A stretch of DNA of 64,000 nucleotides from Planctomycetota bacterium (GTDB taxonomy: Bacteria > Planctomycetota > UBA8108 > SXIK01): contig CBDCXR010000004.1 of assembly GCA_965223845.1 (NCBI GenBank), positions 4,800,001 through 4,864,000 of the forward strand, read 5' to 3'. Of the stretch, positions 19,003 through 28,224 are shown piece after piece. The position numbers and the translations under genes are program-made. The stretch's first letter is position 1. Every line of letters starts with the position of its first letter. The notes beneath the pieces were generated by a model. That model saw nothing but the letters and a program-made list of their open reading frames with translations. It was not told where the DNA came from and searched no databases.

Positions 19003-19475
19003 GATGGCCTTCCCTCCTCTGACGAGTCGCTGGATTCAGCCCCGAGGTCCGCAGGATTCTCGCGGAAAGCGGCGCTCGACTCGAGCACGCAATCGGAAGG
19101 AAGCTCGGCGCCCCAGTGGTCGAGGACCGCGCGTTCGAGATCCGGCGGAAGCGAGATCGGCGCGCGCAGGAGTGCCGGCGCAAGAGTCTTTCCCTGTGCG
19201 TCGAGACGAAGCGATACGGCCCCACCACCACCAAGCGCGTGGGAGACGACGAAATTGAGCGCGCCGAGATTCTCGAGTTCGTAGCGAAGAACGGAGCCGA
19301 CTTCGAGCGGAGCGAGCACTCCCGCGACGCGCTGCGCGGTGAGGTTTCGCACGAGCCATGGATACCAATCGGGCCGGCGCGCGATGATGCCGATGTTCGC
19401 CTTGTCGCCCTTGTCACCCGAGCGGCCGTGCGCGAGAAGGAAGAGTCGATAGCGCGTTTTCATGGAAGAAGTCAT
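18999..19475 (-). CDS. Small AtuA-related (C-terminal ferredoxin-like domain) protein
   Basis: AHGRSGDKGDKANIGIIAR and ALGGGGAVSLRLDAQGK motifs; ATG at 19475 overlaps the upstream stop (ATGA). Confidence 0.88.
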   Translation of the reverse strand: MTSSMKTRYRLFLLAHGRSGDKGDKANIGIIARRPDWYPWLVRNLTAQRVAGVLAPLEVGSVLRYELENLGALNFVVSHALGGGGAVSLRLDAQGKTLAPALLRAPISLPPDLERAVLDHWGAELPSDCVLESSAAFRENPADLGAESSDSSEEGRPS

Positions 19476-20839
19476 TCGACGATGTCGACGCGATACCGCA
19501 CGGCGTCGCGCGGAACGAGTCCCGACCAGATCGCCCGAACGGCCGATGCCTTCGGTCGTCCCCCTGCGTAGCCCGTCGCTCCGGGCGGTCCGGTGAGGAC
19601 GAGACCGATCATTTCGCGACCGACGAGCTCGAGGCCCTCCTTGTCCGCACCGCGCACGGCGACTCGAAGGACGACCTCCACCGGTTCCGGCGTGGGGCCA
19701 CTCGCGCCGCGAAAGCAGGCGTCCGCGCCGACCACCTCGACGCACCACTCGTCGACGGAGTTCGCGCCGAGATTCTCGACGCGCCGGCGAAGCACGGCGG
19801 CCGCGCGCTCCGCCTTCTCGCGAGCGTCGGGCCAGCAGTAGGTCATCTGCGCGGTGACCTTCCAACCCGCGTCGTAGACGCACGAAACCTTGAGCCGCTC
19901 AGGCGCGGGCCTCCCGCGCACACCGCTGATCTCGACGCGGTCCGGACCGATTTCGCGGAGATCGATCGACGTGAAGTCCGCGACGCAATCGGCCGTGATG
20001 TAGTGACGCGGATCGCCGATTTCGTAGAGGAGCTGCTCCTTCACCGTCGCCGCCGAGACCTTGCCGCCGAGCGAAGGATGCTTCGTGATCACCGCGCGAT
20101 CCGGAGTCTCGATCTCCGCGATGGGAAAACCGATCCGATCGGCCCCCTCGATCGAGCGCCAGTCCCCGAGAAAATTCCCACCGCTCGCCTGCGCGCCGCA
20201 TTCGAGCACGTGACCGACGACCGTTCCGAGCGCGAGGGCATCGATCTGATCGCCCGTGATGCCGAACTCGTGCCGGAGCGGAGCGACGACGAGCGCGGTG
20301 TCGGTGCAGCGCCCGGTGACGACGATCTGCGCTCCGCGCTCGAGCGCCTCGACGATCGGATCCGCGCCGAGGTAGACGTGGGCGCTCGTCGCCCTCGATG
20401 CGACTTCGCTCCACGGCAACTCGTCGGCATCGAGCGGTCGCACGTCGATCGAGCCCGCGCCGTCGTGCTCGGGATCGCTCGGGAGAAGATCGAGGACGTC
20501 ATGGCTCTCGACGACACCGATCTTCAAACCGTCGACACCGCGGCGCTTCGCCTCGGCGAGCAGAGCTTGGGCGCAGCCGGTCGCGTTGACCCCGCCGGCG
20601 CTCGCGACGACGCGGATCCCCCGCTCGGAGATCTCGGGGAGAAGCTCACCGATATCCCGCACGAAGTCGCGCGCGTAACCGGCCTCGGGATCGCGGCGAT
20701 GCTGCTTGTCCAGAATCGCGATCGTCACTTCGGCGAGGTAGTCGAGAACTAGATAGTCGATCGGCCCGGAGCGCACCTGGAGCGCAGGCGCCTGGGACCA
20801 ATCGCCCCAAAACGCCTGACCGCTCGCGATCCGGATCAC
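19472..20839 (-). CDS. Acyclic terpene utilisation AtuA family protein (DUF1446)
   Basis: [60 protein letters not shown]. Confidence 0.93.
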   Translation of the reverse strand: MIRIASGQAFWGDWSQAPALQVRSGPIDYLVLDYLAEVTIAILDKQHRRDPEAGYARDFVRDIGELLPEISERGIRVVASAGGVNATGCAQALLAEAKRRGVDGLKIGVVESHDVLDLLPSDPEHDGAGSIDVRPLDADELPWSEVASRATSAHVYLGADPIVEALERGAQIVVTGRCTDTALVVAPLRHEFGITGDQIDALALGTVVGHVLECGAQASGGNFLGDWRSIEGADRIGFPIAEIETPDRAVITKHPSLGGKVSAATVKEQLLYEIGDPRHYITADCVADFTSIDLREIGPDRVEISGVRGRPAPERLKVSCVYDAGWKVTAQMTYCWPDAREKAERAAAVLRRRVENLGANSVDEWCVEVVGADACFRGASGPTPEPVEVVLRVAVRGADKEGLELVGREMIGLVLTGPPGATGYAGGRPKASAVRAIWSGLVPRDAVRYRVDIVE

Positions 20840-22059
20840 CGCGCCGGCTCCGGGCGCGTCTCGACCTCCGCTCCGAACTGCCGCGTCGTGCCTTGCGCGA
20901 CGATGAGGCGAAGGATCTCGCTCGTCCCCTCGCCGATCTCACAGAGCTTGGCGTCGCGAAGATAGCGCTCGACGTTGTAGTCACGCAGGTAGCCGTAGCC
21001 ACCGTGAATCTGGATCGCGTCGAGACAGACGCGAGTCGCCATTTCGGACGCGAACAGCTTTGTCATCGCCGAGTCGTAAGGGAGCGACCTGCCGCGGTCG
21101 AGGAGCTGTGCGCCGCGGTACGCCATCAGGCGCGCCGCCTGAATCTGAGTCGCCATGTCGGCGATCTTTCCCTGAATGAGCTGACGGCGGATGATCGGCC
21201 GGCCGAAGGTCGAACGTTCTTCGGCGTAGCGAACACTGTCCTCCAGCGCGCCGCGGGCGAGCCCGAGCGAGATGCCCGAAATCATGAAGCGCCCGCGCTC
21301 GAGGACTTTCTTCACGTCGCGGAACGCCTCGTTGACGTTTCCGAGTCGATCGCCATCCGGCACGCGGACTTCGTCGAACGTGAGCGTCACGGTGTCGGAC
21401 GATCGCATGCCGAGCTTTTCCTCGGGCGATCCGTAGCTCAGCCCCGCCGCGCCGCGCTCGACGACGAACGCGCTAATTCCCCGCTTGCCCGCCTCGGGGT
21501 CGGTGACGGCATTGACGACAAGAAGCGGTGCACGCGATCCGTTCGTGACGAATTGCTTCGCCCCCGTGATCACCCACTCGCCGCCGTCGCGGACGGCGCG
21601 GGTCTTCATCGCGGCGGCGTCCGTTCCCGAATCGGGCTCCGAAAGACACCAACTGCCGAGCCCTTCCCCCGAGGTCAGGCGCGGGAGAAACCTCTCCTTC
21701 TGCTCGCCGGTACCGACCGCGAGGATGTGCTCGAGACAAAGTCCGTTGTGTGCTTCGACCGACAGCGCGAGACCGCCGTCGTGGCGCGCGAGCTCTTCGA
21801 GAACCGCGAGGAACGCGAGGTACGTGCCGCCCGCTCCGCCGAACTCCTCCGGAACGAGGATGCCGAGGAGTCCCTGCTCGGCGAGCGCGGACACCATCGA
21901 TTCGGGAAAGCCCTTTTGGCCGTCCCAATCGCGCGCGTGCGGAGCGATTTCCGCCGCGGCGAAGCGAGCCACCGCCGAACGAAGAGCGGTGATGTCGGAG
22001 GGAAGATCGAGATCCATGAGTCCCCTGGCCCGCAGTTCCGTCGCGGCGTGCGCGCTCAA
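20836..22059 (-). CDS. Acyl-CoA dehydrogenase
   Basis: [50 protein letters not shown]; start may be ATG at 22017. Confidence 0.97.
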   Translation of the reverse strand: MSAHAATELRARGLMDLDLPSDITALRSAVARFAAAEIAPHARDWDGQKGFPESMVSALAEQGLLGILVPEEFGGAGGTYLAFLAVLEELARHDGGLALSVEAHNGLCLEHILAVGTGEQKERFLPRLTSGEGLGSWCLSEPDSGTDAAAMKTRAVRDGGEWVITGAKQFVTNGSRAPLLVVNAVTDPEAGKRGISAFVVERGAAGLSYGSPEEKLGMRSSDTVTLTFDEVRVPDGDRLGNVNEAFRDVKKVLERGRFMISGISLGLARGALEDSVRYAEERSTFGRPIIRRQLIQGKIADMATQIQAARLMAYRGAQLLDRGRSLPYDSAMTKLFASEMATRVCLDAIQIHGGYGYLRDYNVERYLRDAKLCEIGEGTSEILRLIVAQGTTRQFGAEVETRPEPAR

Positions 22060-22163
22060 CTACGCCCCCCCATTACCATAACCATAACATCGGGGAAGCG
22101 CGGGCGCCGGGCACGAGGGCCGGGCGAAACGCATCCGAGAGAATCGGAACATCGCCCGCTCTG

Positions 22164-22191
22164 TTGGCGACCGAGGCAAGCAGGCTACAAT
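22164..22191 (+). promoter_or_regulatory. Candidate sigma70 promoter for the DUF1080 gene
   Basis: TTGGCG-16 nt-TACAAT about 50 bp upstream of the ATG at 22240. Confidence 0.4.
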
Positions 22192-22239
22192 GCTCCGCCA
22201 ACGTCGTTTGATCCTGAAGCTCAAGAATCGAGGTCTTCG

Positions 22240-23310
22240 ATGCGATCTCTACTGTTCCTCTTCGCGCTCACGCTCGTCCCGGTGACGCCGTCGCTCGCTC
22301 AGAGAGATAAAAAAGCCGAGCGAGAGCTCATGAACGATCTCTCGCATGTCGCGCTGGACCCCGCCTTCCACGTGCAAGGGGAGTACGTCGGACACGTCAC
22401 CGTCGGCGAGAAGCAGAAGCTCGGGCTTCAGGTGATCGCGCGAGGGAATCGGACGTTCGAGGCTTGGGCGCATTGGGGCGGTCTACCGGGCGCGGGTTGG
22501 GATCGCTCGCGCGAGCTCAAGCTGGCCGGCAAGACGAAGCGGGCGACCACCGTGCTCGAGCCGGCCGAGCCCACGAAACACGAAAAAGAACGGCGTCTCT
22601 CGCGAGCCAAGGTGACGCACGGCGAACGGGATGCTGCGATCGGCTCGATCAGGATCGAGTTCGGAGCTGCGGACGTCCTCGGCCCGGGCGGCGCGAAGAT
22701 CGGCCGACTGAGTCGCGTTATTCGCAAGAGCCCGACGCTCGGAAAGAAGCCGCCGGCGGGCGCGATCGCATTTTTCGACGGAAGCTCGACGGACGGATTC
22801 AACGGCGGACGGCTCGCCCCGGACGGATTCCTCATGCACGGCACGGAGACGAAAACCCCTCACCGCAGCGGAACGTTCCACATCGAGTTCCGCTTGCCGT
22901 TCATGCCGAACGACCGGGGTCAGGGCCGCGGGAACAGCGGGGTGTACTTTCAGAAGCGATACGAAGTGCAGGTGCTCGACTCGTTTGGTCTCGCGGGCTT
23001 CCACAACGAATGCGGCGGGATTTATTCCAAAGCGGATCCAGCCGTGAATATGTGCCTCCCGCCCATGCAGTGGCAGACGTACGACGTCGAGTTCACCGAG
23101 GCGAAGTACGACGACAGCGGGAAGCGGGTCGAGCACGCCCTGCTGACCGTTTGGCACAACGGAGTTCTGATCCACAAGGATCAACCCGTCGACAAGAGAA
23201 CGACGGCGGCCCGCGCGAAGAACGATGGCCCGGATCCGGAGCCGCTCGACCTCCAGAACCACAGCTGTCCGGTGCGCTACCGGAACATCTGGTTCGTGCC
23301 GCGCGATTGA
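22240..23310 (+). CDS. DUF1080 (3-keto-disaccharide hydrolase-like) exported protein
   Basis: Signal MRSLLFLFALTL..SLA-Q; FDG, HIEFRLP, GQGRGNSGVY, YEVQVLDSFG, WQTYDV, LQNH, YRNIW. Confidence 0.93.
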   Translation: MRSLLFLFALTLVPVTPSLAQRDKKAERELMNDLSHVALDPAFHVQGEYVGHVTVGEKQKLGLQVIARGNRTFEAWAHWGGLPGAGWDRSRELKLAGKTKRATTVLEPAEPTKHEKERRLSRAKVTHGERDAAIGSIRIEFGAADVLGPGGAKIGRLSRVIRKSPTLGKKPPAGAIAFFDGSSTDGFNGGRLAPDGFLMHGTETKTPHRSGTFHIEFRLPFMPNDRGQGRGNSGVYFQKRYEVQVLDSFGLAGFHNECGGIYSKADPAVNMCLPPMQWQTYDVEFTEAKYDDSGKRVEHALLTVWHNGVLIHKDQPVDKRTTAARAKNDGPDPEPLDLQNHSCPVRYRNIWFVPRD

Positions 23311-23537
23311 GCGGGCGGCGCCCCGGGTCGGTGCTCCCGGATGCCGAATGACCGAAAATTCATTTAGGTCGCCCGCCCGGAACGTCGAAGCAGGGGATGT
23401 TCCGAATCCATCGGGGCGGCACGATGGCGCGCATCGAAGCAGCCTCCGTACGAAGAGAGCGATGCTTTGACTCTTCGTTCTGGCGGTCGTCGTGGAGACG
23501 GCCGTCGATCCTGACTCGGCGGTGAAGACGCACTCGC

Positions 23538-25016
23538 ATGCTGTTCAATTCCTACGTCTTCATTTTCGCCTTCCTCCCGTGCTGCCTCCTCGGCTACGCC
23601 CTCCTCTCGCGGAGAGGTTCGCGGAGCGCGGGAATCGTCTGGCTCACCGCTTGCTCGCTCTTCTACTACGGCTGGTGGGATCCGAAGTACCTCGGATTGA
23701 TCCTCGGCTCGATCATCGCGAACTTCGCGCTCGGCGTGCACTTGGGGCGGGAGCGAGCGGCCTCGAGGCGGGCCGTGCTCGTCGTCGGGATCGTCGCCAA
23801 CCTCGCCCTTCTCGGGTACTTCAAGTACACGGGGTTCTTTCTCGAAACGCTGAACCGCGCACTCGGAACCGAGTGGAGCACGCCCCCGATCGTTCTCCCT
23901 CTCGCGATCTCGTTCTTCACCTTTCAGCAGATCGCCTATCTCGTCGACGCGTACCAGCACAAGGCGCGCGAGTATCGATTCGCCGACTACAGCCTCTTCG
24001 TCACCTTCTTCCCGCAGCTCATCGCGGGCCCGATCGTGCATCACAAAGAGATGCTGCCGCAGTTCACGGAGCGCGGTCCGTACCGTCTGAACGCCCGCGA
24101 TCTCGGAGTTGGCGGCACGATCTTCTTCATCGGCCTATTCAAGAAGACGGTGATCGCCGACACCTGCGCCTCGTTCGCGTCGCCGATTTTCGACAGCGTG
24201 GCGGGGGGAGCGACGGCGAGCTTTTTCGACGGCTGGGTCGCGGCGCTCGCCTACACGCTCCAGCTCTATTTCGACTTCTCCGGTTACTCCGACATGGCGA
24301 TCGGAGCCGCGCGCCTCTTCGGTATCCGACTTCCGCTCAACTTTTTCTCGCCGTACAAGGCGACGAACATCGTCGAGTTCTGGCGACGCTGGCACATGAC
24401 GCTCTCGCGATTTCTACGCGACTATCTGTACATCGCGCTCGGTGGAAATCGGCGCGGACCCGCGCGCCGCTACGTCAATCTGTTCGCGACGATGCTGCTC
24501 GGCGGGCTCTGGCACGGCGCCGGCTGGACATTCGTCATCTGGGGTGGACTCCACGGGTCCTACTTGTGCGTGAATCACGTCTGGCGAGTCCTGCGGCAGC
24601 GCCTGGCGCCGGATCGCGAAGTGAGCTGGATCGAGCGCAGGGTCTACCATGCGCTGACGTTCTTCGCGGTCGTCGTCGGCTGGGTTTTCTTTCGCGCCGC
24701 CGACTTCGACACCGCGGTGAGCGTGCTCTCGAGCATGATCGGCGCAAACGGGTTGACGTTTCCGAGCGAACTCAAGTTCTACGCGGCCGTCCCCGCGATC
24801 ACCGCGGGCTTGATCGTCGCGTGGTGGCTGCCGAATACGGCGCAGCTACTGCGCAGTCAGAATCCCGTCCTCGAGACGTACTCTCTCGAAGGCGAACGGC
24901 CGACTCTCCTCGAGTGGAAACCGACGCTGCGGTGGGCCGTCGTGGCTGCCGCGCTGACGCTATCGGCAGTCCTTCTCATGTCTCGCGCCAGTGAATTCAT
25001 CTACTATCAATTCTGA
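23538..25016 (+). CDS. MBOAT family O-acyltransferase (AlgI/PatA/DltB-like)
   Basis: MLFNSY, LPLAISFFTFQQIAY, FFPQLIAGPIV, YFDFSGYSDMAIG, FWRRWHMTLS, GLWHGAGW, FIYYQF. Confidence 0.97.
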   Translation: MLFNSYVFIFAFLPCCLLGYALLSRRGSRSAGIVWLTACSLFYYGWWDPKYLGLILGSIIANFALGVHLGRERAASRRAVLVVGIVANLALLGYFKYTGFFLETLNRALGTEWSTPPIVLPLAISFFTFQQIAYLVDAYQHKAREYRFADYSLFVTFFPQLIAGPIVHHKEMLPQFTERGPYRLNARDLGVGGTIFFIGLFKKTVIADTCASFASPIFDSVAGGATASFFDGWVAALAYTLQLYFDFSGYSDMAIGAARLFGIRLPLNFFSPYKATNIVEFWRRWHMTLSRFLRDYLYIALGGNRRGPARRYVNLFATMLLGGLWHGAGWTFVIWGGLHGSYLCVNHVWRVLRQRLAPDREVSWIERRVYHALTFFAVVVGWVFFRAADFDTAVSVLSSMIGANGLTFPSELKFYAAVPAITAGLIVAWWLPNTAQLLRSQNPVLETYSLEGERPTLLEWKPTLRWAVVAAALTLSAVLLMSRASEFIYYQF

Positions 25017-26208
25017 TCCGACCCCTTCGGTCTCCGACGACTCCGATCGCCCGTTCCACCGGTACCTGATCGTTTGGATCGGTCTGGCCGGAGCGATGCT
25101 CGTCGCGGCGGCCCTGGGGAACGTGCTCATCGACCCGGACTACGTCTATCCAGACGTCAGCGTCGACCGACTCTCGCCCTACCGGCAGAATCTCAACTCG
25201 CGGATCGCGAAGTCCGCACTCGTCGCGCGAAACGAAGCCGACGTGATCCTCGTCGGGAGCTCGCGGACCGAGGTCGCGTTCGATCCGTCGAATGAGGCGT
25301 GGAATCCCGAGCGTGCCGTGAACGCCGGCCTCGAGAGCACGAGCATCCTAGAGCTCGCGCGAGTCGTCGAGCTGGCCGTCCAGCAGCCGCGGACGAAGAC
25401 CATCGTCCTCTTGATCGACTTCTTGATGTTCGATGCACGCCGCGGGTACGGCCACGAGTTCGAGCGTTCACTGTTCTCTCCCGAGCGAACCGCGCTCGAG
25501 TTTCACCTCGAGAACCTGCTCGGTTGGCGAGCGACGAAGGGGTCGGCGATCTCCGTCGCCCGCGCTGCGCTCGGTCGTCCGACGAAACGAAACCCGGATG
25601 GCCACCTTCGCGTCGTCGCCGAGAAGCCGCGGCACCGACACATGTTTCGCGTCACTCTCGGTCAGTTTCACCGCGAGGTGTTCGCCGAGTACGAGCGAGG
25701 CGATGCACCGATCGCGACGTTTCGTAGCATCCTCGAGACCGCTCGAGGCGCATCCGTTCGGATCCTCGTGGGAATCCTTCCCGTGCACGCGCTTCATCTC
25801 GAGCTCATCCGAGCGTCCGGCCGGGCGGAGGAATTCGCGGAGTGGAAGCGCGAACTCGTCCGCGTCGTGAGCGAAGTCAGTGCGACTGCGCCAGGCGACG
25901 AAATCCCGCTCTGGGACTTCACCGGCTACCACCGCTACGCGACCGAGTCGATCCCGCCCGACGAACCCGACGCTCCGGAGATGCGGTGGTTCTGGGAAAA
26001 CTCCCATTGCCGGAGCGAATTGGGTGCGCTCGTCGTCGCCCGAATGCTGGACCGCGTGCACCCGGATCTCGATCCGCAGTTCGGCGTGCGTCTCACTCCG
26101 GAATCGATCGAGGACGCGCTCGCCCGGCTCGAATCCGACGGACGCCGTTACCGCGAGTCCGAACCGGAGGCGATGGAGCTACTCCGAAGCGCCCTCGGGC
26201 AGCGTTGA
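24991..26208 (+). CDS. Membrane-anchored SGNH/DltD-like partner of the MBOAT
   Basis: Overlaps the MBOAT 3' end; N-terminal TM ending NVLIDP; GSSR nucleophile block; WDF and ENSH C-terminal block. Confidence 0.75.
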   Translation: MNSSTINSDPTPSVSDDSDRPFHRYLIVWIGLAGAMLVAAALGNVLIDPDYVYPDVSVDRLSPYRQNLNSRIAKSALVARNEADVILVGSSRTEVAFDPSNEAWNPERAVNAGLESTSILELARVVELAVQQPRTKTIVLLIDFLMFDARRGYGHEFERSLFSPERTALEFHLENLLGWRATKGSAISVARAALGRPTKRNPDGHLRVVAEKPRHRHMFRVTLGQFHREVFAEYERGDAPIATFRSILETARGASVRILVGILPVHALHLELIRASGRAEEFAEWKRELVRVVSEVSATAPGDEIPLWDFTGYHRYATESIPPDEPDAPEMRWFWENSHCRSELGALVVARMLDRVHPDLDPQFGVRLTPESIEDALARLESDGRRYRESEPEAMELLRSALGQR

Positions 26209-26871
26209 CCCGGATTCCGGCTTCCGCAGCGTCTCCGCTGCGCGCTGCATCGCGATGCCGAACGCGACGGCGACGTTGAACGATTCCTTCACGCGGCCGA
26301 GCATCGGAATCTCGACGTGGACCGGACAACGCTCGAGGAGTGCGTCCGCGACTCCGACGACTTCGTTCCCGAACACGAGACAGGGACGCGCCGGCCACTC
26401 CGCGTCCGCTAGCGCGACGGAACGGCTCGATCGCTCGACCGCGACGGGGGTGAATCCTCGCGCGAGGGCGGTGTCCACGGCTCCCGCGGCGTCGGCGGAG
26501 TACGACCACGCGACGGCCTCGTCCGCACCGAGTGCGGTCTTCGTGATCTCGGGTCGCGGCGGACAACCAGTGATTCCGGCGAGAAACAGGTGCTCCACCC
26601 CGCAGAGATCCGCGGTGCGAAACATCGAGCCGACGTTCCAGAGGCTCCGCACGTTGTCGAGAACGGCTGCGAGTGGCAGTCGCGGTCCGTCGCGCCCCAC
26701 CCCACCGGCGATTCGCCGCGCCTTCTCCGCGAGGCGCTCGGCGACGTCGACCGGCTTCGCGGTCATGCGTCGCCCGCACTCGATGCAGTACACATTGCGG
26801 CCGAGTCGCCCGAGCGGGAGATGGAACTCCGCCTCACACTCCGGATTCGGACAGCGGACGCGGGCGCTCAT
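26179..26871 (-). CDS. TrmH/SpoU RNA methyltransferase with N-terminal Zn-ribbon
   Basis: LDNVRSLWNVGSMFRTAD, KTALGA, LVFGNEVVGV, IPMLG..SFNVAVA; N-terminal CPNPEC..CIEC. Confidence 0.92.
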   Translation of the reverse strand: MSARVRCPNPECEAEFHLPLGRLGRNVYCIECGRRMTAKPVDVAERLAEKARRIAGGVGRDGPRLPLAAVLDNVRSLWNVGSMFRTADLCGVEHLFLAGITGCPPRPEITKTALGADEAVAWSYSADAAGAVDTALARGFTPVAVERSSRSVALADAEWPARPCLVFGNEVVGVADALLERCPVHVEIPMLGRVKESFNVAVAFGIAMQRAAETLRKPESGSTLPEGASE

Positions 26872-26901
26872 CGCTTGGCCTCGTTCACGGATCGCACGCC
26901 A

Positions 26902-28011
26902 TCACGGCTCGAGAGGGAGCGCCGACGCGCGGAGGACCGTCTCCTGGACGGCGAGGTCGTGAGCGGGCGGAAAGTCGGATGCCTTTTCACCGCGGATGAT
27001 CTGCGCGAAATCCCGCGCGTCGTCCACGTACCGAACGTACTTCGAGAACGTTACGTCCTGATAGCCCGCACGAAACGATCGCCCGTCCTCGATGCTTCGA
27101 GATCGCGAGAGCGCGACACGCGCGCGCGGAGAATCGAGCGGCTGGATGTGAAACGTCCCTTCGGTCCCGCAGACGACGAAATGTCGCCGCGAAAAGCCTT
27201 CGACTTCCTGCGCGCTCGACTTCACCGTCGCGGTCGCGCGCGGGTACTCGAGCACCGCGAGCATATTGTCGACGAGCGCGTCGTCGATAGGAGAGGAGCG
27301 GCGCGGATACGCGGTGACTCGACCCGGCTTTCCGAGGACCCCCACCGCGAGGTCGATGATATGGCAGCCGAGCTCGAAGAGTATGCCGCCGGGATACTCA
27401 CTGAGCGCCTGGCGACTCGCGCGTCCGACGACCTTGCTCATCACGGCGTGAAGTTCGAAGATCTCGCCCAGCCATCCTCTCGCGAGAAACTCTCGCAAGA
27501 GTACGATCGCCGGGTTGTAACGGTACATATACCCCATCTGAACGACGCGCTCCTTCGCCTCGGCCGTCGCGAGAACGCGACGAAAGGCGGAGAGGCTCGA
27601 TCCGGCAGGCTTGTCGAGATGGATCGAGAGACCCGCGTCGACCGCGACCTGCGCGTTCTCGAGAAGGTCGCGCACCTCGGTCTCGACGGCGACCGCCTGA
27701 AGCCCCGGGGTTTCGAGGAGCTGGTCTCGCGTCATCCAGCGCAGGCCGCGGTAGACCTCGCTCTTCTCCGCGGCCGCGCGACGATCGGCATTCGGCTCGA
27801 CCACGCCGACCACTTCGAACTCCGGCGACTCGCGGTAGGAGCGCATCTTCCCGTCCGCGTGGGCGTGCGCGACGCCGAGTTGACCGATCCTGATCGGATC
27901 CGGCTTCGCGCGGGCGGGCCGAGCGTCCGGGAACGCCCGCGCGCCCCCGGCGAGACCGACGCTTCCGGCGACGCCGGCGAGAAGAAGCCGACGGCGGGTA
28001 AACCTTCGCAT
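26902..28011 (-). CDS. Gfo/Idh/MocA family oxidoreductase with Tat signal
   Basis: MRRFTRRRLL signal; IGQLGVAHAHA, HLDKP, QMGYMYRYNP, ELGCHIID. Confidence 0.93.
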   Translation of the reverse strand: MRRFTRRRLLLAGVAGSVGLAGGARAFPDARPARAKPDPIRIGQLGVAHAHADGKMRSYRESPEFEVVGVVEPNADRRAAAEKSEVYRGLRWMTRDQLLETPGLQAVAVETEVRDLLENAQVAVDAGLSIHLDKPAGSSLSAFRRVLATAEAKERVVQMGYMYRYNPAIVLLREFLARGWLGEIFELHAVMSKVVGRASRQALSEYPGGILFELGCHIIDLAVGVLGKPGRVTAYPRRSSPIDDALVDNMLAVLEYPRATATVKSSAQEVEGFSRRHFVVCGTEGTFHIQPLDSPRARVALSRSRSIEDGRSFRAGYQDVTFSKYVRYVDDARDFAQIIRGEKASDFPPAHDLAVQETVLRASALPLEP

Positions 28012-28224
28012 GGCGATCACTCGCTGAATGGGGACTCGTCTCTGGGAACGAACGACTCTGTTCCGGCCGCCGAGCGCAGTGCTTCCGTCGCCTGACGGTG
28101 CGTTCGTTGTACGAAAGGGAGGCCCGATTGCAGAGGGCGTTCTTGCGGATCGACCGGAGCAGTGCGACAAAACGGTTGGACGGAAGGGCGCACGCAGTGG
28201 GCAGGATCGAGGGAGGATCCTGAG

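Noticed and set aside
19476-19883. Upstream part of ORF 18999..19883
   Set aside because: Overlaps atuA out of frame; ATGA coupling supports a start at 19475
20893-22239. N-terminal 449 aa of the 805-aa ORF, suggesting a fusion to DUF1080
   Set aside because: This part is the antisense of the acyl-CoA dehydrogenase; a signal peptide and promoter candidate place the real start at 22240
23492-24994. 500-aa alternative-frame ORF over the MBOAT gene
   Set aside because: Arg/Pro-rich frame artefact of GC-biased codon usage
22240-28011. DUF1080 and Gfo/Idh/MocA as one oxidative glycoside-cleavage cluster
   Set aside because: Opposite strands, separated by three unrelated genes, and both families are very abundant in planctomycetes
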